Below, one piece after another: positions 37,531 through 50,600 of a stretch of DNA of 64,000 nt. Origin of the DNA: Pavona decussata (lineage: Eukaryota); NCBI GenBank assembly GCA_977016875.1, contig CDRNST010000083.1, forward strand, positions 930,001 to 994,000, written 5' to 3'. Position numbers and translations under genes: made by a program. A model generated the notes under the pieces. It saw only the letters and a list, made by a program, of their open reading frames with translations, ran no database searches and was not told where the DNA came from. Position 1 is the stretch's first letter. Every line of letters begins with the position of its first letter.

Positions 37531-37723
37531 AAGGCCCGTTTAATTATAAACGGTTGCAACATTTGCCCTACATTCTTTCTACAAAAGTTGAACGGATGCT
37601 GGGTAAATCAGTGTTGGATGAACGGAGTTTTCAAACGTTTTCAACGCCATTCAACGTTTTCAAGAACAAAGGAAATGTTGAATCGATGCGAAGAAAAGTT
37701 TTAAACCGTTTGAACGGGCCTTT
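37531..37723. mobile_element. MITE (PIF/Harbinger-like)
   Basis: AAGGCCCGTTT...AAACGGTT / AACCGTTTGAACGGGCCTT. Confidence 0.6.
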
Positions 37724-38684
37724 AATCGCATTGTGTAGCGCGGGTTGAAAATCTGTCTGATTCTAAAAATCTGTGGCATTTTCATTTTCAAAGATTCCAA
37801 TACCAACAATATTAAGCTCGAGAAAAACATCTTAACTTCACAAAACAAAACAAGTAAAAAAAATTAAATTAAATAACAATAATAATAAAAAAAAAGTAAA
37901 TTAAAACAAAAACAACAAAGAAAATCAAAACCATTGGCGACTTTCCAAACGTTTCAGACAATATTGGTACGGCCAACTGGGTTTGATGTGTCGCATTATG
38001 AAAATTTCAACAAGACGCTTTGGCAACGAAACAATAGGTGAGGCTTTCATGTCTTTACATTACATTTTATTCCTTCTTATTCATTTCAACGAACACAACA
38101 ACATTCTGTCCAGCTCAGACAATCTATTTATAGCCGGAGAGTCGAGTGTAGCTTACATTATTTTCGGTATTTACAAGCACAGAGGCATAAACGCCTAAAA
38201 TTCAAGACATTTTACTTCTTTCTTTGTACAGCAAATCTAACAGTAAAAAGGTATGAAATGCTGCATCTGTGAAGCGGTCCCAGACTACTTGACATCAATA
38301 TGATGATTTTTTATAATCTACCTTCTGCAGGGACCTCTGAGATGTTCCAAACATCCTCTTAAAAGAATCTGAACGCAACTAGCCAGAGTTTATAAGTAGT
38401 TTCCAACGGAAAGTACTTGATTTTCGATTTGTACAACCCAACGCTGAACTGGTTTCGTGTCACTGGACGATTGTCAACGGAATGCATTTATTCCATCCTC
38501 AAATTTCATGAGTAAGGCCACCCTCTTCACTTCCGAATTCCGTGCACAGCGAAAACTGCGAGGAGTACAAAATTGCTTGCGTGTGTCTGGGATTGTAAAG
38601 AGAGTGATTGAGAGTGGCGACTGCTGCTACCAGGCTGCGCCCTTGGTACATTAATTGCACACATTATCTGACCCAATGTCATCT

Positions 38685-41600
38685 TTAAACCTTGTGGAAT
38701 GAAGCAGTGGGTGAGGACATTGACCTCACTCTCTCCAAGTCAATGAGCAAGTCAAAGTTTTCAACAGTCGTCTCCACATATCCAACAAATCCTCTGACTG
38801 AACCTCTCAGTGGACCGACGATTTGCGTACCTAGGAGAGAAACAGGAAATTCGTTATATTGCTGTAATACCTCATGCTTTTATACCATAGGCAGCCCTTC
38901 GATACACAAGCAAACGAGCGAGAATACGCGTGTTTCCATCCTCGAGATTCAGCTTTAGCTGCCATATTGAATTTAAAAGGGCGCATTCTTTTGGTACAAT
39001 TCTGGCTATTCTTATTCCGGAATACCAGTTCCCCCCTTCCCCCCCCCCATCTATTCTTAGAAAACTGTATTCCATTCATTCTGCCTCCGTTTACTATTCT
39101 GTTTATTGCGAATCACTCAGAATAGGCCCCAAAGAACATGAATACCCTCTATTCCGTGTATTCCTATTCCTGAGTAGTCCCAAAAAGAACGCACCCTAAG
39201 TACTTAGCACTTATTGAGTGTAACCTGTTTTTTTCAGCGAACGCCTAGCCTCCCTGCATCGACTAAATAAATGTGTCAAGGCACTCTTTACACTCCTAAA
39301 TCGAGGCAAGTAAAGATTAAACTTGGTGGAATCGTAAAGGAACCCTGTCAGATTTTACCTTGGTACTCAAATGGGACAATAACCTGATAACCAAGACACC
39401 ATACTACATTAGTGTGATTACACTCACTGAGGTTAGCTATTGGGACATTAAGACATTGTTGTCTATAACATGTTCACACTTACCGAGATTATCCATTGGG
39501 ACACCCAAATATTGTTTCCTTGTTGGACTTGCAGCCTCTGAACTTAGTGACTCACATGAAGTCTGGTCACTGCTTATGCTTAAATCGGCGCTGAATCGTG
39601 TATCATCTCCCATGGAATGGCTGGCTGATTTAGTTCTCCTAAGTGATGAGCACTTTGTTGGTCTTGTCACCTCAGGTGTATGTGAAGCCGTCCTTTTGAG
39701 AGTCTCTTTCATAGGAATACTATGACACGGCCTACTGTCACGTGGTCCTCCAACAGGCAGGATGCGCGGTAACCGTAACATTTTAGGCGTCGACTGCGCA
39801 GAATTCACCGTTCCTTGTGAGCCACGCACACTGGGATTCTGGGATTGGGTGATAGCTATTCCGTATGACCTCAAACTCGGAGATCTGGAGCCTGACCTAT
39901 AAGACATGCCGGTGGAGAGTTCGTCCATAGATTCACGCATTTCTATTGTCTGGCTTCCACTCAAATCATTAAGCTGATAATCACTTGGCTCAACTGTTAC
40001 TCTTGGATAAGCTCTTTCATCATCGTAAAGTAGGTTGCTATGGTGAGTACAATCCAGAACCACATCAGGAGCTTTCTGCACATCTCGTAACGGCATTTGA
40101 AACACCTGTATAACACACAGAGAGACAACATGGAATTACGAACACAAGGTTCACAGAAACTATGTTAACAGAACGTCATAGTTATACCGTTTTGAAATAT
40201 CGTAATGAGAGATGGCGTTAGAAGGTTCGGCGACACGGCACTTAGAGAATGTACTGCCGCACATTGGCCAGTGATTGCACTAAAAAAAGAGGCTGTAACT
40301 CTACTACACAGGAGTTCCACAACATAGTCTATTCCAGGCGTTCAAACAATGGGGAGTGGCGCGAAGTGAATTGCTATGTATGCGAATAATAAAGACGAGG
40401 AGCGATAAAAACGAGAAGGGACTGGGCAGATGGGGTGCGTTCTCTCGCCTTCTCTCTCCAGTCTCCTCACATTATTATTCACCCGCATCACATTTTCTTT
40501 GCGCGGCTCCCACTATCTAAACGCAAAGCACAGGCTATCCACAACAGGACACGGTAATCTGCAGGTATTGATAATATAACGGTACGGTACGATACAGTAT
40601 TTACAACCGAAGGGACAGACGAACAGAGTGAAAGGGGGGGGGGGGGGGGGCGCTTGTAAGGTTTTTGTGCAACATGCCACATCGTACTCGGTATTCTAGC
40701 GACGCTTTCCATTCACCAAAAATTTTCGGTTTGAATTTTCGGAAATTTCGGTCTCGAATGGAAAGGGCTTATTCTCGGTCGGTTTCCACTTTTCGGGAAC
40801 ACTGAAAAGGTTGTCCTAAATTTTCGAAAATCTTTTCGGGAAAAGATCCTGTTCCATTCGATTCCCATCCGAAATTTTCGAAAATTTCGTCGAATGGAAA
40901 GCGCCCTAGGTGTCTTTTATCACGAGCAATTCGTCTGAAAGAAGTTGGGTAACGACAACAACAGAATTTGTCACTGACCTGGGAAATTCCTGTGTTACTT
41001 CTCGCGCGCATGGCATCCAACTGTACTCTGCTGGCGGACGACAGTCGCCGGCGGTCATAGGAGTCCGTATACAGGGACTTGGACTTTTGGAGACTACTTA
41101 GATTACACGTCAGAAGAGCCCACCAACACTCCCGCACCTTCTTTTGAATGACGCAATAGAAAATGAAGATTGCAAATCCCTGAAGACTGTTGCAGACAGC
41201 AAACATGTAATGAAACACGAGACGTGCATCCGCTACTGCAAAGAAACCGAACATCCACGTGATGCCGACCAAGATAAGGATTCCAAAGGCTCGCTTGATT
41301 TTTAGGAGCCCTTCGTTACCACCGTTTGGGTCAGCGGCATTAGGCGGACGGGTGGCGAGTTTGTACATGATTAACGAAAATGTAATCGTGTTGATAAGGA
41401 TGACAAACACCACTGGAGCAACAAAGGCAGCAAAAAATGCTATGTTTCCAATGCGACAGCTGAAAAAAACAAGTTCAATCAGTGAGTAAATTGATATTGA
41501 TGCAATATCTAAGTAGACAGCCGCGGCAGCAAGATAACTTCTGTTAGTTCTCGCCTTTTTGACCATAGAAACTAAGCAAGAAACACAGATGATTGGCAAA

Positions 41601-44600
41601 AAATTACTTTCCCAGCCTGGAAATTATTTTTTTTGTCTCTAAAAACGTAAATTTAACTATCGTAACGTTACTTTTAAATACAGCAGCTTTTCCTTGCTGT
41701 TAAGTCCCAAGTTTTACAAAACAAATGTAGATACATAATTCAGTAACAGAAATTTAATTTGTACTTACATAAGTAAGTAGGTTCTGTCTATTTAAAAGCA
41801 TTGGTGTGCATACTGGAGGATGTTTGTGCACCTACTGGGATGCGTGGGTCACTATTGAGCTGTCTATTAAGATGTCTGAGCGAGTGTTAAGATATCTGAG
41901 CCACTATCATTGTTAAGTGTACTGCCCCTTTCAGACGTGTGACAGGGTTTTATTGTTTTCAGTAATAATCTTGGTTTGCTTTCAGTTTAGTCGAACAAGT
42001 TTTCATACTCACTAGTGTTTTCCTCCATAGCTGGTTTTATCCACAGCAATTGTGACGACTACAANNNNNNNNNNNNNNNNNNNNNNNNNNNNNNNNNNNN
42101 NNNNNNNNNNNNNNNNNNNNNNNNNNNNNNNNNNNNNNNNNNNNNNNNNNNNNNNNNNNNNNNNNNNNNNNNNNNNNNNNNNNNNNNNNNNNNNNAATGA
42201 TGTCACGTGACTTTTGGTCCATGGCTTCATCTCATTGTAAGAAGAAGCTCAACAGCAACAGATAGTGACTTACCCCATCCCAGTGCGGAACACTTCCACA
42301 TGACGTAATCTCCATAGTCTCTAAACACTTTGACAAAAGCCTGGTACATGAAGTACGCTTCAATCAGCATCCATAGAAATGCTACCAACAGGAAGTAATG
42401 CACGAGAGCTGCTACAATCTGACACGCGTCCTCAGATACACGGCCTCTCTCCACCCCCGACACGAACACAATTAGTACACACAGAAGCGAGGCGCACAGA
42501 TGAAGGAGAATCTTGGCGGCGATCTGATCCTTTCGCAGCTTCCTGTGAGAATACAACAGACAACAGTTACCTCTCATTCCTCTAACAAGTTTCAGGAATG
42601 AAGCACAAATGCATGAAATTAAAAACAACAACGAAAACACAATTAGGAAATATCGAAAGAAAGAAAATATGCCACTGTAGTAATAAAGCTCAACAGTTTT
42701 CATTTCCGTGGTCACATTTGACTCAAGCTCTAACCAAATTACATGATTCCATGTGTGACCGTGTTTTCAGGGAGGAAAATTAAAAAGCTCGCTTAAAATT
42801 TAATGCCATCGGCTTAAAGAAACTGAGTAAATAGCTTGAAAAACCTTTCAACCGAATTTCTTTGATTTAATAATAACAAAAAAAAAGTTGGTGCAAAACA
42901 ATAACTGGATTTTTATCATGGTTGATGACGCACAAAATTATCTTGAAATAAAACATTCACATTAAAAAGCATGCAACTGCTGCGAAACAATATTATCGCT
43001 TGCTCTTCGTGTCAATATTTGCTCTTCGAATCAATATATAGTAAGTGAGCATTCCCAACAGTAGCTAAGACCTTCTGTTGTGTAGCCACCAAACTGCTTT
43101 AGCTATGAAAATACACGCTTACTTGAAAAAGCCGAAAGTGAAGATAGTCAGCGACAGTCCCAGAATAGACAATGCGCATCCAATATAGCTGATGAGTGAC
43201 AGCACAGTGGAATGTTTACCGCACGCCTTGGATGACGGGCCATCAATATCCTGAGATTCACAATAACACAAGCATGTTAACTTCAAATAAGCCGTACATC
43301 GTTAGTGCCGAATCAATAGCAAACAAATGCACCGGACACTCAGAATGGCGGTTCTTTCGGTTTACACTTCAAACTATTCTTGGTACGACAGAACTGATTA
43401 AACCCATCCCCTACGGAGTGCAGAAAGTTTAAGCCGCGAGAGGGGTGGTGGTGGGGGGTGGGAGATTCAAACTTATGTGAACAACGGGATTTACTGCTTT
43501 TTGCTGATTATATGGTGAGGAGCAGGCCAGTGGAACTTGGATGGCGTAGTGGTACTATTACGAACATTACTACATGTACACGACGTTACTTGTTTGAGGA
43601 CGTCAAATGTTACTATGAATAGCAAGATGTATCTAAAACGAAAACACCGGATTGACGCTCAGTAAAATTACTCACCACCAAGGCTGCAAAGTTGGTCATG
43701 TGATTGCATTCGCAAATAATAGTGTCGTTAACAATGCCACGGAGGGAACACCCAGCAGTCGACCAACCACCTATAGACAAAAACATTGACACAACATTCG
43801 TACAACGTTATCAAAACCTAAGGCTCGAGTTCGTTTACAATAGCACTCCTTTATCCCGGTTCTGGCTTCTGAAGCAACAATGTAAAAACAAACACAAATT
43901 CACAAACATAGCAACTAAAGGAGAATGCTCGGGGGCAAACGTCTGAAGGTGTGACTCACTCATCTTATCTGAACCCTAACTTATCGACTCCCTGAACACT
44001 GGCGGCGCGAAATACGCACAAGCAGAAGACCTCAACAGTACAGTGCTTGCGTGAACTTATTCCACAACTTAATGTGGGAAGCAGACTACACAACGTCCAC
44101 TAACTTCCACTTTGAGAAAAAGTTGCATTTCCGTTTACATGAAAACAATTTTGGGTAAACATTTTTTACAGCAAACTTTTGTTACATTAACAGGTGACTT
44201 ACGTTTTTCGAAATCCCACCAAACACACCTGGTGCTGTTTTTTACCACCTATTTTGAAAAAAATAAAAAAAATTAATAAATAAAAAAGGAAGTCAGTGAC
44301 GATAAGTAAACAAAAAAGGTGATAGAGTGATTTTCAAGTGAGTGTCAAAAGTCATTTCGCGTTTGCTTTGGTTTTGCTTTACTAGACTCTCTGTGATTGG
44401 TTGGCAAAGTTCGCGCCATTTTCTCAACCAATGGAAATCCAAACCAAAATCAATCGTGCTTGGACGCACGCGTTTTTCCCGCGTTTGACGCAGGTTACAT
44501 ATATTTGCTTCGAGTTCTGATTGGCTGATTGTGCTGTTTACGTCTGTTATGAATGGCTAGAGAAATTACTTTGGTTTTGGTTTTACAACACTCAATTAAA

Positions 44601-47600
44601 AACCGCTCTTACACACTGTAACATCTTCGCCCTGCCGAAACGTTTTAAGTCGGCTAGCGTGATAACACAAAATGCAAATCTAATCATTTAACTCGAAGAT
44701 GGTACCAAGTTACTCTTTCATACTCCTACTAGTAACAAAAAACACGAGTTTAGTGAAACAAAGTAGTGCAATTGCTGTTGTAATGTTTCAGTCTGTGGAT
44801 AAATTCGTTTAGTGCCACCATCCAAATGAAATCTGTCGAGCATTACCAATACGCGATACTTAGTCAGGTCTTGCCGAAAGGGAAAATATTTGGCTCGAAG
44901 TCATGGTAGCTCCTAACTTGGTCAATAAATTATTTTTCAAGTTCAACAAACTATGAACTTCCATGGTAAAATTCATTTCAACGCTGTTTACTATCAATGT
45001 GCAGTTTCAGGTCAGTTTAACTTCACAAAATTGCTTCCAATCAGTTTCCGCGCGGTACGTACCTGTTCGTGAGGCATTTTGAACTTAATAATAACAGGCG
45101 TGGTCAAGTTGGCCACGTGCTTTCTTCTCAAACTGGCAGAAAGGACAGGGCTACTCTCAGTGACTTTACTTCCTGTAGAGTTCTCCATGGTGTAACTCGA
45201 AGTTTCTGATCTTTCTACTCTGGCCACTTTTTCCGTCGTAAAACTGTCCTCACAAACTTCCTTTGGCCGGTATTCAGGCGCAAACAGTTTGCTGGTCCGA
45301 TAGTAAACCACAATCAAGGTTGTATTCTCTGTGTCGTTGGCGTTTAAAATTGACCCGGGTACGGTTATACTTGCTTCACTCTCTTCATTTGTAGAATTCA
45401 TGGTCACGTTAATAGCGATTGTGTCTTGGGTTGTTTGAATAGACACGTCAACATTACTATTGGCTTTGTTGATTAGCTGTGTATGAACTGCAATCTCGGA
45501 TGTGTCTTTACTGAATTTTCCGCCCTTGTCAATGTAATCCTCAAGAATTTGAACAAATCTGAAAGGCAAAAAATCATTAAAATAGAAACAAAATCGAGCC
45601 TCCACTTACAATTACAGTCAACGCTCGCCTTGCGGACACCCCGATAATACGAAAAGCAGCTAAATCCCCGGCAAAAAATAAATTACAGAAGTTTGTCGCT
45701 ATTATGGACACTAACTCGCGGTCCTGAAGGTGTCCGCAATAAAGGGAGTTGACTGTATGTACCTAACAGAGAGGAAAAGCCAGCAAGACGAGCCTCCAAG
45801 AAAGAAAAACATATGGATCAAATACTGTACAATGGTGAAGAACAGTTTTAATTTCAGTTCTCCTAAGCTTCTCGGTGATACCAAACAGAACCTCATTATT
45901 TCCAACATTTCTCGTTCGATTTTGTCATTAACTAAAGTAAACGGGAAACGGAATCCATGACCTCCCTACAATATGATGAAAACATACACCGCAATATACG
46001 ACGAATGTAGGGCTCTGATGCGTAAGATCTCCGGGTCTACTGTGAAAAACACAATAATCATGGTTTACTTTAAGGCCGACAGGTTGTCTTATCTAAAGCA
46101 GTTCTGTCTTATTTCGTAGTTTCTGAAGTCAATCTGTATTACGAATGGCGTAGAAATCATTTATCAGTACTTACTTCGCAGATCTGTTGTTCTTTTTCTG
46201 TGCATCGTCTAACACTTCGGGCTTAGCTTTCATCACGTGAGTTAAGGTGTATAACATCTGATCTCCCACGTCGGCGGAAGTGACGTTTGTTTTGACCACA
46301 TTGTCCAGGATGTTTGCCGTGATTGTCAGGTCCTTTTGCAACAATTTTGATGGCTTGGAAGTGATATTTCGGACTTCCTTCATAACTTTGAGCGCGTTAG
46401 CATGCGTCACTGGAACCTGAAAAGAATGCTGACTTAATTTCTGCCTTTACAGGAGTCCACAGTGGTGAGTAAAGCCAGTATGACGTATTTTTAGTTTAAA
46501 CGCCTGGCGAACACGGTCGTTAGGGCGTTATCACAATGTTCCGGTATTTATTTGAACTTCACCTTATGAAGCTGATTGCTTCAGCGTAAACCTTAACTTG
46601 TTATACAACGTTGGTTTTCGTTAAATTACTTCCGTCTTTGAATTGTAACGTTCGTCGTACTTTTCCCTAGAGGTCATTAAAGAATTTCTTTTGAAGACAT
46701 TTCAGACTGTTCATTATGGTTCATTTAATATTAACACTAAAAGGCATGTACAGGAGTATCGTGGTCACGTTAACAATTCTGGTTTGGTTCAACTGTGCGA
46801 ATAAATCAGTGGAATAAAAGTATAAATGATATTAAATCAAGTTTAAAAAATGCCCACGTTTAACAATCGCCGGGTCCAGGGGCTGAGATTTAAACAAAAA
46901 CCATCAGTTATTTAAAAACAAAAAGCCAAAATGCCCTCTCCCATTTAGCCTCCCACGCAGTCTTTTAACGGGAGGAGGTTATACGAGTCCCCCAAAACGA
47001 CTGTGTGGGAGCCTATTCCCCATCCCCTTCCTCAAAACCCGCTCCTTTTTAAAGAAGCCCTAAAACAGACATAAAATAACTTAGCAATCAGGGGTCAGTA
47101 ACGGACAATGAAGCACGAAGTTCCTACCCCACGGTTGGGTACTACGAGCGCCTCCTTACCTTGTTAAGTTTGTCCAGAGCCTGCGTTATTTGTGACTCTT
47201 GGCTGATTTCTGATATTAAACAAAAATTGAACAATACATGACTCATCTGGCTAAGTAACTGCAAGGACGCCGCCATTAGTCGACAGTCCTATGCCGATCG
47301 AGAAACGCAGAAGTCGCACATCGCGGTGATTTTTCAGCAATGAAAACTGGATTTCGAAATCCAGAATATAACTATAGGGACGTCTTATACAGAAGATTAC
47401 ACTGGTAGAATCTGTTTGGAAATTGAACTACTTAACTGGAATTCACTGGGTTTCCTATAAGGAGTAGTGAGAATTTGTCGCAAGGCTTACATCAATTCAA
47501 ATCTTTTTAAATAAGCCCAAGAAATTTACAAATAGCCATAAGAAACACCCGGAAACACTTTTTTCCAGTTACTAGAATTTGAAGAATTTGTTGCATTTCC

Positions 47601-50600
47601 ATCCAAATTTTGATATTTTGCCAGGCAAATACGCCGGTGCGCAAAATGCGTAGCTACAGCACGCCAGGTGCACTGCTCTCAAGGTGCGGATGGGCTTCCT
47701 GTGCTTTCGCTTTCTACTCCTGGGCCGGTTGTTCGAAAGCCGATTAAATTTAATCCACGATTAAAAGTTAACCGAGGTTTTCTGCTCACTCGTTAAAATT
47801 GTTTCTAAACTCTAATGTTAAGCTAGTGGCAAAGAAAAGTCAACGTCAAAACTAAGGGACAAAAATCTTTTTGAAAAATCTTTATTGATGTGTTATTAAA
47901 CTCGAACCAAAGTTCTTGTTAATCCAGGATTAGCTTAATCGGGCTTTGAACAACTGGGCCCTGGTTTCTCAAACTGCTTTGAAAATTCTCCTGCAATGGT
48001 TTATAGCTGCCATTACCTGTTGAGTAACTGTGGTTGCTGCTGTAGGGCCCAGGCCCCACCTTTGTGTAGGCCCGTACTCCTATATAAAATCGTTGATTAG
48101 CTTTCAGACCGCTAACGTCCTTTGACAGAGTCTTCTCCCCGCTCAGGTAGGTCCGCGTTATGCCACCCTGTTCATAGACCACAATCTCGTACTGAGTAAT
48201 TTTTCCATTGCAGTCTTTAGCACTGGGAATGGACCATGAAACTCTGATGGTGTTTTTTCCGCGCGGTATTACCAAGACATCACGGGGCGCTCCACTTGGA
48301 GCTACAAACAAACAAACAAGGAATGGCATGGCATTAACAACAAACTGAAAGTCCAAAAATACATTATGGGACTTGTTTTTGGAGGTAAAGAGTTAATTGT
48401 GTAAATTCCACCTGACACTTCTCTTCATTCGTAAGTTTAGCTCGTCCACAATATAACCAACATGTAAGTAACACATGTTTGCACAATGGACAAAAGGCAG
48501 CCATCTTACCTGCTTGTTTTGTTTTAAAATGTTTGTTCACACTGTATGGGCCAACATCTCCATCTTTATAATAAGAAGCGACCTCCACCGTGTAGGACGT
48601 GTAAGGATGTACGCCATATAACGTTATCCTCGCGTCGCCACCCGGACTTGTCTTGTTCCGCTTGTTTATGAGCCAGGGTGAGTGTCCTGTGTCTGTTTTG
48701 TAACGCACCATGTACTGAAGAGTGTCTGCAGGCGTCGGATCTGTTACATGAAGTAGTACTTGCCTGGACTGCACATCAGTTACAATAATAACAGGGCGAG
48801 GAGCTGGGAACGAATGATTCAAGAAAGTAAATACGTAGTTCTGAAAATCCATCGTAAGCAATTAAGGACCTCTCTCTAAAGAAACGTTATAAGGCCAACA
48901 CCTCTAGAATGATCCTTAAACAACACAACTGAACCTTTTTGCCTTTCACTTCGAACCCTCTCTAAAGTATAAAGCATGGTAGGACAATCTGCTTCTTAAT
49001 CGGGGAATGTTTAGTTGTAATGTCGAGTGACGCTTCACGAAAATGTGTGAGTGTCCTTGACGCTCTGCTTACCGTGTACAAGCAGCAGAATATTCCGTGT
49101 GGAATTGATGGCTAGTGTCGGGTACCAAGCCGAACAGGATATAATGGAACCTCTGTCCTTGTATTTGACTTGATTCAATGTTAGCACGCTTTTCACGCTT
49201 CCATTTCCATATCTAATGCGCTGGACGTGTGACAGGAGCGGTGTGGGAATACGCCTTCTGTTTTTGTACCATTCTATGTGGACTCCAGCTTGACCATTTA
49301 CAAAGCATGTCAAGTTTACAGAGCTCGTACGGTTTAGCTCAACTTTTCCACTTGGAGGACTCACTCGTGGTACACTCCCTACAAAGTTAAATGTTAAAGT
49401 ATAAATTCTACAAAACTTAGCAAATAACGAAAGTCTACAAACGGTGAAGAAATGTCATCAGCTCATCTGTTTGATCACGTGGTACGGCACCCTCTTGGAT
49501 TTCACCGATACCAATTCAATCAATCTGATCAATGTAAACATCGATACCATAAACAGGAGATACCAGAGGTTATCCCTATCGAGGGTATCCCCTTTTAAAT
49601 CAAAGCAATTCAAATATATCGTTCGAGACCATAGCCATTCGGAGAAGTTTCCGGCACTGATTAATATTCTACAAGCAGTTGGTTGTAGTTCACTCGAGAG
49701 AATACAAATACAGTCGAACCTCCGCTAACGGACACCTCCCGTAGGCGGACACCTCTCGTAAGCGGACACTTGGTCATGTTCTCAGCTGCATACAAACACT
49801 ACATATTTATCCTCCTATAAGCGGACACCTCTCTTAAGCGGACACTTTTTTCTGGCCCCAAGGATGTCCGTTTACGGGAGGCTCGACTGTACAGTCTATT
49901 AAACACATTCCAGTAGTCTCAATAGATCACCCGTGTTCCACTCTAAAGCATAATAGCTTGGTTTGCTTTAAGATATCCTTACCTTCAGTAGGCAAGCATT
50001 CATAAATCTCAACTCGCATACAAATGTAACCACCCGTGTACGAGACTGGATTGAAGCGAATAAAACGTGCAAATATTCTGCGAGGAAACATCTTCCTGAT
50101 TACGGTGTCATTGTCCCAGTTTCCTTGAAATATCTGAAGACGGAACAAATGTCCATGTTTAGAGAGTCACGTGTATTGATTATTTTGTTTTTACTTCATT
50201 AATAACAAATTTAATTTCTTTTGTCATTCATTACTTTTAGTTTGATAAATTTTAACCAAAAAATATGCACTGAGTTCACATAAATGTGTCCACAGTAATC
50301 CGTGGTATTGCTTCATCTATAGTCGTAATATCAACCAACAAAGGGCCGAAGTCTAACTTGGAAAATGGTGTAAGACAAGTACTGATAAGAAAGCAGATGA
50401 ATGTAAGTAGATAAGTAAGCAGTAAGTAGAAAAATGTGTGAGTAGTCACTGCTACATTCCTTTTGGACACTGTTTACAGTAAACTTGAAAAAGCCTGAAA
50501 CATTTTAACTACAGGGGTTAGCCAGATTCACATTGGTTTAGAGCACGTTTTTGTTAAACTCCCGTCCGTCTGAACTGCCGGCCCAATGAGTTTACGTGAT

